Positions 55,217 through 64,000 of a stretch of 64,000 bases of DNA are shown piece after piece. Position numbers and translations under genes: made by a program. The DNA lies in NCBI GenBank assembly GCA_017559305.1, contig JAFYSP010000028.1, positions 2,124 through 66,123 on the forward strand, read 5' to 3'. How positions within the stretch are numbered: the stretch's first letter is position 1; each line of letters begins with the position of its first letter. Below the pieces are notes generated by a model. That model ran no database searches. It was not told the origin of the DNA and saw only the letters and a list, made by a program, of their open reading frames with translations. The stretch comes from Clostridia bacterium (GTDB taxonomy: Bacteria > Bacillota > Clostridia > Oscillospirales > Acutalibacteraceae).

Positions 55217-55837
55217 ATGGCAAAAGCAGATAAAGTATTTTTTGAAAATCTTATAGAAGCTGCAAACAGTTCTTGCAAAGCAGCCCAATACCTTGTTGAA
55301 TGTCTTGAAAATTACAACCCCGAAAACATTACCGATATGCTCGAAAAAATGCACGAGTATGAGCAAGAAGGCGATATGAAAAGACACGAAATGTCAGCAG
55401 TTCTTGCAAAGGCATTCGTGACCCCCGTTGACAGAGAGGATCTGGCACTTATCAGCCACAACGTTGACGAGGTTACAGACGATATTGAGGAAATTCTTCA
55501 AAGATTTTATGCAAACAGAATCACCACTGTTCTTCCCGAGGCGCTCGAATTTGCAAAGAACCTTCTTTCAAGTTGTGTCACCATGAAAGAAATGCTCGGC
55601 GAGTTCCAGAACTTCAAAAAACCTGCAAAACTGTATGAAACAATCGTCAAGATGAACGATTTTGAGGAACTTTGCGATAAACTTTATCTTGATGCAAAAT
55701 TCAAGGTAAGAGATAATTGCAAAGACGTGCTCGACGTTATTTCATGGCGTGAAATTTACGATAAGATGGAACGTTGTGCAGACGATTGCGAACACGTAGC
55801 AGATACGGTTGCAAACGTAGTAATGAAAAATTCCTAA
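55217..55837 (+). CDS. DUF47 family protein (PhoU-like, Pit-associated)
   Basis: 206 aa, helical, with the conserved ...TPVDREDL... motif, located directly downstream of pit. Confidence 0.8.
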   Translation: MAKADKVFFENLIEAANSSCKAAQYLVECLENYNPENITDMLEKMHEYEQEGDMKRHEMSAVLAKAFVTPVDREDLALISHNVDEVTDDIEEILQRFYANRITTVLPEALEFAKNLLSSCVTMKEMLGEFQNFKKPAKLYETIVKMNDFEELCDKLYLDAKFKVRDNCKDVLDVISWREIYDKMERCADDCEHVADTVANVVMKNS

Positions 55838-55840
55838 TAT

Positions 55841-55870
55841 AAAAAAGCACCGCTGATGCGGTGCTTTTTT
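55841..55870. terminator. Bidirectional terminator
   Basis: AAAAAAGCACCGC-TGAT-GCGGTGCTTTTTT. Confidence 0.75.
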
Positions 55871-56837
55871 ATTTCTTTATTTCGGTTGGAAGACCTATCA
55901 TATTTCCGAAGTCGGCAAAGGTTTGCAAATACTCATTCGGAGCCAACATATAGCACAGTCCGTGACCTGCGCCTTTGACGGTTAAAATCATCTTTTTGCC
56001 GCCGTAGGAATCGTGGTTTCGGACACTCATTTCACAAGGCACGAAAGCATCGTCTTCGCCGTGGAAAAAGCATATCGGCAGTTCTGTTTTTTGGAGCGCA
56101 TCTATAGGGGAGATTTCTTCAAGGTCAAATCCGCCCCAAAGCCGAGCCGCAGCTTTTACAAGGGGATATAAAAGGTCGGCAGGTAACTTCATATCACGAA
56201 TGACCTTTTTGATGATTTCTTTTGCACTTGTGTATCCGCAATCGGCAAGTACACCGATAACATTGGTGGGTGTCCCCCTGCCTGCCGCCATAATAACCGT
56301 AGCGGCGCCCATTGAAATACCTGTGAGTATGATTTTTGCCTCTTTGTCAATGTTGTTTATTATAAAATCAACCCAGGTAAGACAATCCCTACTTTCATTT
56401 ATGCCGAAGGTTATGACGTTTCCGTCACTCTTTCCGCAACCTCGCTGATCGATTACGAGGGCGCTTCTTCCGAGCGAAAAGGCACGTTGCACACCGCCGC
56501 AAAGGTCTCTTTCTCCCTCGCCTCTGTATCCGTGCATCATCAGTTCTATCGGAGCGCCTTTTTTGTATTCGTAATACTTGCCGAAAAGGGTCAGCCCGTC
56601 AAAAGAGACGGTGGAATACTCTTTGTGCGGCATACTTCTTGCTTCCTTCATCCAACCAATCATAACATCTCGGTATGGCTCGTAAATTTCCCCTTGTGGA
56701 ATTGTGTATTCATCGGAAGGCACTCTCTTTTTAGAATAGAACGCCAACAAAAAACAAATATATGTACCGACAAGCAGTATTGCCGCAACACCTGCCGCAA
56801 CACCTACTATTATCCAGAATGCAGTCATATCATTCAC
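55869..56837 (-). CDS. Alpha/beta hydrolase with an N-terminal membrane anchor
   Basis: TM segment FWIIVGVAAGVAAILLVGTYICFLLAF, nucleophile elbow GISMGAA, and a late GHG. Confidence 0.75.
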   Translation of the reverse strand: MNDMTAFWIIVGVAAGVAAILLVGTYICFLLAFYSKKRVPSDEYTIPQGEIYEPYRDVMIGWMKEARSMPHKEYSTVSFDGLTLFGKYYEYKKGAPIELMMHGYRGEGERDLCGGVQRAFSLGRSALVIDQRGCGKSDGNVITFGINESRDCLTWVDFIINNIDKEAKIILTGISMGAATVIMAAGRGTPTNVIGVLADCGYTSAKEIIKKVIRDMKLPADLLYPLVKAAARLWGGFDLEEISPIDALQKTELPICFFHGEDDAFVPCEMSVRNHDSYGGKKMILTVKGAGHGLCYMLAPNEYLQTFADFGNMIGLPTEIKK

Positions 56838-56841
56838 CTCT

Positions 56842-57606
56842 TTAAGTGTTGTTTTTTCTGTACTCGGCGGGGGTTATGCCCAAAATTGCCTTAAAATTTC
56901 TGTTAAAACTTCTTAATTCTCCAAAACCGCTTTCAAGCGCCGATTCAAGAATCGTGCCGTCGGTGTTTTTCAGCAGATAACAAGCGTGACTGATGCGGTA
57001 GTTATTTACGTAATTATTAAAAGACATACCGACGATTTTTTTGAAATACCTTGAAAGATAGGAGTAGTCATATCCGCTCGTTTTGGAAAGGGCGGCAAGA
57101 GTACAGTTACCTTTGAAACTTTCCTCTACAAATGAAAAAATATTATATAAAAGTTTTTCTTTTTGTGGTTCGGCATCTCGGTATGCCGCCTTCTCGTCAA
57201 ATTCTGCACAAGCAGAGTAGAGCAACCCTTTTTTGAAGGTTGTAGTCGTATCGGAAACAAGTTTTGGCAGATTGTCGAAAATATAATTGCTTGGTCTGAA
57301 TTTATTATCAATCGGCATTTTGCCTCTTGTCATTCGATTGAACGCTTCGACAAGACGGGGAGAAAAAATGCATAAAATATGTTTGCTTCGGGTGGATTCC
57401 AAAGAATGAATCTGGTTGGGGAATATCATCAGCGCTTCGCCTTGTTTGAGATAGTAATCCCTGTTTGAAACCGATATTTTCATTTCGCCCTCTGTTATGA
57501 TAATAAGTTCAAAACATTGATGCAAATGCAAGGGGAAATTGTAGTTTTCACCTGATTCAAATTTCAAGTAATCGGGGGATCCAAGATGCTCGAATTCATA
57601 AAACAT
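56842..57606 (-). CDS. AraC family transcriptional regulator, divergent from xylBA
   Basis: Cupin N-terminus and the C-terminus ...YSYLSRYFKKIVGMSFNNYVNNYRISHACYLL...FGELRSFNRNFKAILGITPAEY. Confidence 0.85.
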   Translation of the reverse strand: MFYEFEHLGSPDYLKFESGENYNFPLHLHQCFELIIITEGEMKISVSNRDYYLKQGEALMIFPNQIHSLESTRSKHILCIFSPRLVEAFNRMTRGKMPIDNKFRPSNYIFDNLPKLVSDTTTTFKKGLLYSACAEFDEKAAYRDAEPQKEKLLYNIFSFVEESFKGNCTLAALSKTSGYDYSYLSRYFKKIVGMSFNNYVNNYRISHACYLLKNTDGTILESALESGFGELRSFNRNFKAILGITPAEYRKNNT

Positions 57607-57715
57607 AAAATCACCAAAAAGTCAAATTCTGTCTGGTTATTATACCGTTTTTCGCGAGAAAAGTCAATTTATTTGTATTAAAATATTTTAAACAAAGGTT
57701 AAAAGGGGGCATTCC

Positions 57716-59194
57716 ATGAATTTATACATAGGCGCAGATCTTGGCACTTCGGCATTAAAACTGTTGCTTGTAAACAGCGAAGGCGAAATTTTAAGGTCGG
57801 TTACAAATGAATATCCCGTATATTATCCCGAACCGACGTACAGTGAGCAAGACCCAAGGGATTGGTGGCAGGATTTAAGACACGGCATACGTGAACTTTG
57901 TGACGGATACAACAAAGAGGATATCAAGGGTATCGGCATCGGCGGTCAAATGCACGGACTTGTAATGCTTGATGAGTATGACGAGGTAATAAGACACGTT
58001 ATTCTTTGGAACGACGGCAGAACCGACAAAGAAACTGACTACCTTAATAATAATGTGGGTGTAAAGACTTTGATCGAAAATACCGCCAACATTGCTTTTG
58101 CAGGATTCACGGCACCAAAAATTTTGTGGGTCAAGCAAAATGAACCCAATAACTTTTCAAAAATTTCAAAGATAATGTTGCCGAAAGACTATCTTAATTA
58201 CCTTTTAACAGGTGTTCACGCAACCGATTTTTCAGACGCGGCAGGCACGCTTTTGCTCGACGTTAAAAATAAATGTTGGTCCAAAAAGATGCTCTCAATT
58301 TGCGGAATCACAGAGGCTATGATGCCTCGCCTTTTCGAGAGTTATCAAAAAATCGGCACATTAAAACCCAAAATTGCCGAAACCTTGGGACTTTCACCCG
58401 ATACGGTAGTTGCGGCAGGCGGCGGCGATAATGCATCAGCCGCTCTCGGCACAGGAACGGTAGGCGAGGGTAAGTGTAATATTTCGCTCGGCACGTCGGG
58501 AACGGTATTCATACCTACCAAAAACTTCCCCGAGGGCGCAGGCGGTGCTATGCATTGCTTCTGCCATGCGGACGGAGGTTATCACTTGATGGGTTGTATG
58601 CTTTCTGCGGCATCCTGTAATAAGTGGTTTTGCGATGAAATTCTCGGCACAAAGGATTATGCGGCGGAACAGACAGGAATTACCGACGATAAACTCGGCA
58701 AAAACGACGTATATTTTCTCCCTTACCTTATGGGAGAGAGAAGCCCTATAAACGATACTGATGCAAGGGGCACCTTTATCGGTCTTCGTATGGATTCGTC
58801 ACGAGCCGATATGGTCGAGGCGGTACTTGAAGGTGTTGCTTTTGCTATAAGAGACAATCTTGAACTAGCCAAAAAACAAGGCATCACAGCGAATTACAGT
58901 ACCCTTTGCGGCGGCGGGGCAAAATCTCCTCTTTGGCAGAAAATCATCGCCAACGTGCTCGCTATTGATATAGTATTACCAAAAGCAGAGGAAGGTCCCG
59001 CAATGGGCGGTGCAATGCTTTCAATGGTGGCATCAGGAGAGTATAAGGATATAAAATCACTATCCCTTGATTTCTTCGAGGAAAGAGGCAGAGTAACACC
59101 CGATAGCGAGCTTGTAGCTCTTTATAATGAAAAATACGAGAAATGGTCAAAAATTTATCCGTCTGTAAAAGAACTGTTCGGTAAAATAAAGTGA
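57716..59194 (+). CDS. xylB: Xylulokinase (FGGY family)
   Basis: [17 protein letters not shown]...GGQMHGLV...GGGDNA... Confidence 0.88.
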   Translation: MNLYIGADLGTSALKLLLVNSEGEILRSVTNEYPVYYPEPTYSEQDPRDWWQDLRHGIRELCDGYNKEDIKGIGIGGQMHGLVMLDEYDEVIRHVILWNDGRTDKETDYLNNNVGVKTLIENTANIAFAGFTAPKILWVKQNEPNNFSKISKIMLPKDYLNYLLTGVHATDFSDAAGTLLLDVKNKCWSKKMLSICGITEAMMPRLFESYQKIGTLKPKIAETLGLSPDTVVAAGGGDNASAALGTGTVGEGKCNISLGTSGTVFIPTKNFPEGAGGAMHCFCHADGGYHLMGCMLSAASCNKWFCDEILGTKDYAAEQTGITDDKLGKNDVYFLPYLMGERSPINDTDARGTFIGLRMDSSRADMVEAVLEGVAFAIRDNLELAKKQGITANYSTLCGGGAKSPLWQKIIANVLAIDIVLPKAEEGPAMGGAMLSMVASGEYKDIKSLSLDFFEERGRVTPDSELVALYNEKYEKWSKIYPSVKELFGKIK

Positions 59195-59204
59195 GGCAAT
59201 TAAA

Positions 59205-60521
59205 ATGAAGGAAATTTTTAAGGGTATTCCCCAAATTAAATACGAAGGTAAAAACAGCGAGAATCCATTTGCTTTCAAATATTATGATACCGACAGAGTG
59301 ATACTCGGCAAGAAAATGAGTGAGCATTTGCCCTTTGCTATGGCTTGGTGGCATAATCTTTGCGCCGCAGGTACCGATATGTTCGGCAGAGATACCGCAG
59401 ATAAATCGTTTGGAGCAGAAAAAGGCACGATGGAACATTCAAAAGCAAAGGTGGATGCAGGCTTTGAGTTTATGCAAAAACTTGGTATAAAGTATTTTTG
59501 CTTCCATGATGTTGACCTTGTTCCCGAGGCAGATGATATAAAGGAAACTAATCGCCGTCTTGATGAAATTACCGATTACATTTTAGAAAAAATGAAAGGC
59601 ACCGACATCAAGTGCCTTTGGGGAACTGCAAATATGTTTTCCAATCCCCGTTTTATGAATGGAGCAGGGTCTACCAATTCGGCAGACGTGTATTGCTTTG
59701 CAGCAGCTCAGATTAAAAAAGCTCTTGAACTTACGGTTAAACTCGGTGGCAGAGGATACGTTTTTTGGGGCGGTAGAGAGGGATATGAAACACTTCTCAA
59801 TACCGATATGGCGTTTGAACAGGAAAATATCGCGCATCTTATGAAAATGGCGGTTGAGTACGGCAGAAAGATAGGATTTAAGGGGGATTTCTATATTGAG
59901 CCAAAACCCAAAGAGCCAATGAAACATCAGTATGATTTTGATGCCGCAACTGCTATCGGATTCTTAAAAGCTCACGGACTCGATAAGGATTTCAAGATGA
60001 ATATCGAGGCAAACCACGCCACCTTAGCAGGACACACTTTCCAACATGATTTGAGAGTGTCTGCAATAAACGGTATGCTCGGCTCTGTCGATGCCAATCA
60101 AGGTGACCTTTTGCTTGGTTGGGATACCGACGAATTCCCCTCGAACGTCTATGAAGCTACTATGTGTATGTACGAGGTAATAAAGGCAGGTGGACTTACG
60201 GGGGGCTTCAACTTCGATTCTAAAACAAGAAGACCGTCGTATACGTATGAAGATATGTTCCACGCATTTATTCTAGGTATGGATACCTTTGCATTGGGAC
60301 TTATAAATGCCGCAAAGATAATTGAGGACGGCAGAATTGATAAGTTTATCGAGGAGAGGTATTCGAGTTATAAGCAGGGTATCGGCGCTAAAATTGTTGG
60401 TGGCGAAACAACCCTTGAGCAACTCGCAAACTATGCTGAAAATTTAGGCGCACCTCAACTTCCCTCAAGCGGCAGACAAGAGTATTTACAGTCTATAGTA
60501 AATCAAATAATTTTCGGATAA
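59205..60521 (+). CDS. xylA: Xylose isomerase
   Basis: 438 aa. [36 protein letters not shown]. Confidence 0.93.
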   Translation: MKEIFKGIPQIKYEGKNSENPFAFKYYDTDRVILGKKMSEHLPFAMAWWHNLCAAGTDMFGRDTADKSFGAEKGTMEHSKAKVDAGFEFMQKLGIKYFCFHDVDLVPEADDIKETNRRLDEITDYILEKMKGTDIKCLWGTANMFSNPRFMNGAGSTNSADVYCFAAAQIKKALELTVKLGGRGYVFWGGREGYETLLNTDMAFEQENIAHLMKMAVEYGRKIGFKGDFYIEPKPKEPMKHQYDFDAATAIGFLKAHGLDKDFKMNIEANHATLAGHTFQHDLRVSAINGMLGSVDANQGDLLLGWDTDEFPSNVYEATMCMYEVIKAGGLTGGFNFDSKTRRPSYTYEDMFHAFILGMDTFALGLINAAKIIEDGRIDKFIEERYSSYKQGIGAKIVGGETTLEQLANYAENLGAPQLPSSGRQEYLQSIVNQIIFG

Positions 60522-60527
60522 AATTTT

Positions 60528-60557
60528 GCCGGGTATCTTTCGATACTCGGCTTTTTG
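60528..60557 (+). terminator. Rho-independent terminator after xylA
   Basis: GCCGGGTATC-TTTC-GATACTCGGCTTTTT. Confidence 0.7.
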
Positions 60558-60586
60558 TTGACTTATACAGCATTAAATATTATAAT
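60558..60586 (+). promoter_or_regulatory. Sigma-A type promoter (TTGACT-17 nt-TATAAT)
   Basis: TTGACTTATACAGCATTAAATATTATAAT lies about 35 nt upstream of the ECF S-component start. There is no room for a riboswitch leader. Confidence 0.55.
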
Positions 60587-60621
60587 ATATTGGGATTTTG
60601 TGTAAGGGAAAGATATGAAAT

Positions 60622-61152
60622 ATGACAAAACAAAGAATTCAAAAGATGGTTTTGACAGCCATGTTCCTCGCTATAGGATTTGTACTTCCTACAATAACAA
60701 TGCAGATAAGAGAAATCGGCAATATGCTGCTTCCTATGCATATACCGGTACTTCTTTGCAGTTTTTTATGTGGGCCGTATTATGCCGCCATGATAGGCCT
60801 TTTGTTACCCATAATGCGCTCACTTGTTTTCTCAATGCCTGTATTTTATCCAAACGCCGTAGCAATGTCGGTTGAACTTTTGAGTTATGCACTTATTTGC
60901 GGTCTTGTGTTTGGTATGTTCAAGAAGAAAAACCTGATCAGCATATACATATCACTTATAACCGCTATGATAGGCGGAAGAATTATCTGGGGTTGCCTTT
61001 CGGCTGTGCTCTATTACTTTTTGGGCGCACCAAAAACATTTGGCTTTTTTATCGCCCGTTCGGTTGTTGAAGCGGTGCCGGGAATTATACTCCAACTTCT
61101 TTTAATACCTGCAATCGTTATGCTTGTAAGTAAAATCAGAAAAAACAGTTGA
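60622..61152 (+). CDS. ECF transporter S component (substrate unknown)
   Basis: 176 aa with six TM helices. KMVLTAMFLAIGFVLP...LLPMHIPVLLCSFLCGP... Confidence 0.7.
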   Translation: MTKQRIQKMVLTAMFLAIGFVLPTITMQIREIGNMLLPMHIPVLLCSFLCGPYYAAMIGLLLPIMRSLVFSMPVFYPNAVAMSVELLSYALICGLVFGMFKKKNLISIYISLITAMIGGRIIWGCLSAVLYYFLGAPKTFGFFIARSVVEAVPGIILQLLLIPAIVMLVSKIRKNS

Positions 61153-61164
61153 TAGGAATTTATC

Positions 61165-62559
61165 ATGAAAAGATCGCTTGACTTAAAACTTAATAAATCG
61201 ATGATGGCGATTATATTGGGCCTTGCTTGGCCTACCATGCTTGAACAGCTTTTGCAAACCGCCGTTCAGTATATAGATACTGCGATGGTGGGTGTTTTAG
61301 GCACAGATGCAACTGCGGCGGTGGGCTCTACCACAACGGTCGGTTGGCTTGTGAATATAATCACAGCATCAATAGGTGTTGGCTTTTTGGCTTACATAGC
61401 AAAATCCTGCGGCGCAGAAGATTTTGACAGCGCAAGAAAGGCATCTGCCCAATCGGTTACAGTGACTGTCGTGGTGGGACTTGTGTTTACCTTGTTGGTA
61501 ATACTCTTTTCTCCTTACGTGCCTGTCATTATGCAGGTTGACGAGAGTATAAGAGAACTTACTGCCGACTATTTCTTTATTCTTTTTATTCCCATGCTTT
61601 TCAGAACTGCAACAAGCATTTTCGGTATGGTGCTGCGTGCTGCAGGAGACACCAAAACACCAATGGTTATCGGTGTTATTGTGAATATTATAAACGTTAT
61701 ACTCAACTTCTTGTTTATATACCCCACAAGAGCAATTTCGGTTTTTGGTATGGAGTTTATTATGTGGGGATGGGGCAAGGGTGTAATCGGCGCCGCAGTC
61801 GCCTCGGCAATCTCCTTTATAGTGGGCGGAATTTTAATCACGGTAGTCCTTGTCTGCCATAAAACCGTTTCTCCAAGAGGTTATTCCTTAAAACCCGATA
61901 GCCGTGTTCTGAAACCTTGCTTTAAGATTGCCTTGCCAAACCTTTTCCAAGGTCTTGCAACTTCCTTCGGTTACGTTGTCTTCGCATCAATGATAAATTC
62001 GGTAGGCGAAACGGCAACGGCGGCATGCACAATAGCAAATACCGTTGAGTCGGCTTTTTATATACCCGGATTTGGTATGAAAACCGCCGCATCAACCTTG
62101 GCGGGTAATGCCTATGGTGCAAAAGACGGCAAGAAAATGAAAGAACTCGTAAGAATGTTTATTCCGATAGAAATATTTCTTATGATAATATCGGGTGCGG
62201 CGCTATTTATATTTGCACCGGCGCTAATGGGACTTTTTTCAAAGAGTGATGAGGTAATAAACCTCGGCGCAACTGTACTTCGAATGGTGGCACTCAGTGA
62301 GCCGTTTTATGGATTTTCAATTATTATGGAGGGCTTCCTTGTGGGAGTCGGCAAAACAAAAACTCCATTTGTGTACACCCTTATTGGTATGTGGGGAGTT
62401 AGAATTGTCGGTACGTTTATCCTGATAACTGTTTTGGGATATGGCCTTGTAGCTGCCTGGGGTGCAATGATAGCGCATAATATGTTGCTCTTCGTTCTCT
62501 ATTTGAGATGTTATATAAAAGGTAAATGGAATCCCTTAAAAGAAATCAAGGCAAATTAA
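61165..62559 (+). CDS. MATE family efflux transporter
   Basis: 464 aa with 12 TM helices. WPTMLEQLLQTAVQYIDTAMVG... is a typical MATE N-terminus. Confidence 0.85.
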   Translation: MKRSLDLKLNKSMMAIILGLAWPTMLEQLLQTAVQYIDTAMVGVLGTDATAAVGSTTTVGWLVNIITASIGVGFLAYIAKSCGAEDFDSARKASAQSVTVTVVVGLVFTLLVILFSPYVPVIMQVDESIRELTADYFFILFIPMLFRTATSIFGMVLRAAGDTKTPMVIGVIVNIINVILNFLFIYPTRAISVFGMEFIMWGWGKGVIGAAVASAISFIVGGILITVVLVCHKTVSPRGYSLKPDSRVLKPCFKIALPNLFQGLATSFGYVVFASMINSVGETATAACTIANTVESAFYIPGFGMKTAASTLAGNAYGAKDGKKMKELVRMFIPIEIFLMIISGAALFIFAPALMGLFSKSDEVINLGATVLRMVALSEPFYGFSIIMEGFLVGVGKTKTPFVYTLIGMWGVRIVGTFILITVLGYGLVAAWGAMIAHNMLLFVLYLRCYIKGKWNPLKEIKAN

Positions 62560-62651
62560 AAAGAGCACCACTTGAGGTGCAGATGCAATCGTTATGATGA
62601 CAGCGAAACAAACTCTTAAAAGATAAGTATATTATTGAAAGGAACGAGATT

Positions 62652-64000
62652 ATGAAGATCAGGAAAATTTCGGCACTTATACTATCATTGGCAGTTGTTT
62701 TAACCATTGCCGCAATTGGAACATTTTCGGTCCATGCCGATTCAACCGATAGCGCCAAAACCACATCGGTTATAGGTGTAGAAACCAAGCACACACCACT
62801 GCCATATGATGAATATTATCATTATTCATCCCTTTCTGCCAATCACAAAAAGATTTACGATGTGATATATGATGCCCTTGTCAATTTAGAAGACGGGGTT
62901 GATCTTTCAGGTCAAAAGATTGTCGCAGATGAGGCTGGTGATATATATAAAAAGGTTCTTGCCGACCATCCGGAGTTTTTTTATCTTAATGGCGCTGTTG
63001 CGATAGAAAGTTCATCCTCATATGTCACGAGAATAAAATTTGAGTATGAAGGCGGAAAGGACAGTATCTTCATTCATGATAAAACCGCCCTTTATAATAT
63101 GATAAATGAATTTAATAAAAAAACGAAAGAAATTCTTGATAGAGTTCCTGTCGATGCATCTCAACTAGTCAAAGAAAAGGTCCTCCACGATATTTTGGTA
63201 GATCATATCACCTATGACCACGAGGTGTTAAATCTTGTCGAGGTAAATTTTTCAAATTGTTTTGAATGGTGCTCTTATGGTGCAATTGTTGAGGGCTCGG
63301 CTGTCTGCGAAGGATATTCAGAGGCGTTTTCGTATTTGTGTCATTGCATTGGAATAAACGCCACAACAATAGTTGGCACAGCCGGTGGCGGACATATGTG
63401 GAACGCCGTCGAGATAGATAATGATTGGTATTTAGTAGATCTTACTTGGGATGATGCGGATAATGATACTATAGGTGTGCTCTACAACTATTTCAACATA
63501 ACATCTTCCCAAATGGGAAAAGACCACACACCGGATGAAAATGATCTTCCATACCCTATTTGCACCGCCACAAAAAATTCATTTAAGGTGTTTACGATCA
63601 GTTTTGAAGACAAAAAAATATCTTCAAACTATAAGTCAGTAATTGATTTGGTTATTGCTAATAACGATTCAATACTACCAATATATGTAGGTGAAAAAGG
63701 CGAATTTAATTTTGAAATAAAAGACAAATATTTCACAGGTGAAAATACCGCCATAATGGAGTATATAAAGTCAAAGGGATATGAAATAGTATTCGAAAAT
63801 TCATATTCGCGGATAAATGAATATGTGCGGTTGCACATTAAAAGCATAAAAGAGATTTGTCGACACTCATGGGAATCCGCCACTTGCACAAAACCTAAGA
63901 CCTGTAACAAATGTGGTAAAACAACAGGTGCGGCAACAGGCCATAAGTATTCAAACGACTGTGATAAAACATGTAATACTTGTGGAGCAACAAGATCTGT
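62652..64000 (+). CDS. Secreted transglutaminase-like (papain-fold cysteine protease-like) protein with C-terminal Cys/His mini-repeats; 3' end outside the window
   Basis: This ORF is not in the track because it runs off the window. Signal peptide: MKIRKISALILSLAVVLTIAAIGTFSVHA. Core: AVCEGYSEAF...GGGHMWNAVEIDNDWYLVDLTWDD (Cys-His-Asp context). Tail: ...GHKYSNDCDKTCNTCGATRS. Confidence 0.75.
   Translation, partial: MKIRKISALILSLAVVLTIAAIGTFSVHADSTDSAKTTSVIGVETKHTPLPYDEYYHYSSLSANHKKIYDVIYDALVNLEDGVDLSGQKIVADEAGDIYKKVLADHPEFFYLNGAVAIESSSSYVTRIKFEYEGGKDSIFIHDKTALYNMINEFNKKTKEILDRVPVDASQLVKEKVLHDILVDHITYDHEVLNLVEVNFSNCFEWCSYGAIVEGSAVCEGYSEAFSYLCHCIGINATTIVGTAGGGHMWNAVEIDNDWYLVDLTWDDADNDTIGVLYNYFNITSSQMGKDHTPDENDLPYPICTATKNSFKVFTISFEDKKISSNYKSVIDLVIANNDSILPIYVGEKGEFNFEIKDKYFTGENTAIMEYIKSKGYEIVFENSYSRINEYVRLHIKSIKEICRHSWESATCTKPKTCNKCGKTTGAATGHKYSNDCDKTCNTCGATRS

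Noticed and set aside
54141-55223. Minus-strand ORFs of 123-167 aa inside pit
   Set aside because: They are antisense to the clear PiT transporter gene. Their Arg/Cys/His-rich composition is typical of non-coding frames.

Overview
This is a 64 kb chromosomal segment from a spore-forming Firmicute, probably a Clostridia or Oscillospiraceae-like gut anaerobe. That placement is inferred from sigG, ylmC and spoIVB, the gene content and the BspA-type surface proteins. All product calls come from motifs I recognise in the translated ORFs; no database search was run.

The content is mostly core metabolism:
- sporulation genes (sigG, ylmC/ymxH, spoIVB)
- a complete histidine operon, hisZGDCBHAF-IE, preceded by a YerC/TrpR-like regulator
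- rsmA
- a cell-envelope glycosylation module
- plant-sugar genes: two GH3, one GH43, fucI/fucU and xylAB, each with an AraC regulator
- pit plus a DUF47 gene
- an ECF S component and a MATE exporter
- three secreted proteins that share an unusual Cys/His mini-repeat

I found no CRISPR array, cas genes, integrase, transposase or recognisable defence system, and I do not claim one.

The signals I could not explain, in order of interest:
1. A rearranged tRNA-Pro locus (9.3-10.0 kb). Two homologous GC-rich structured elements of about 115 nt sit exactly at anticodon-loop breakpoints. They show compensatory base-pair changes. One of them is driven by a consensus promoter.
2. A direct duplication of about 600 bp and 450 bp in the GH43-pit intergenic region, bracketing a 460 bp foreign insert. 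The insert carries an ORF remnant and a small two-TM protein.
3. A 21-22 aa H-x-Y-x3-C-D-x-T-C-x2-C-G repeat, present in 10 tandem copies in one surface protein.
4. An AraC-linked cluster with a type I dehydroquinase-like gene, five different oxidoreductases and a DMT transporter.
5. A GT2-GtrA-phosphodiester glycosidase triple fusion.
6. An abrupt junction at about nt 350 between a truncated Fe-S protein gene and a 3' fragment of tuf. This is probably an assembly or contig join.
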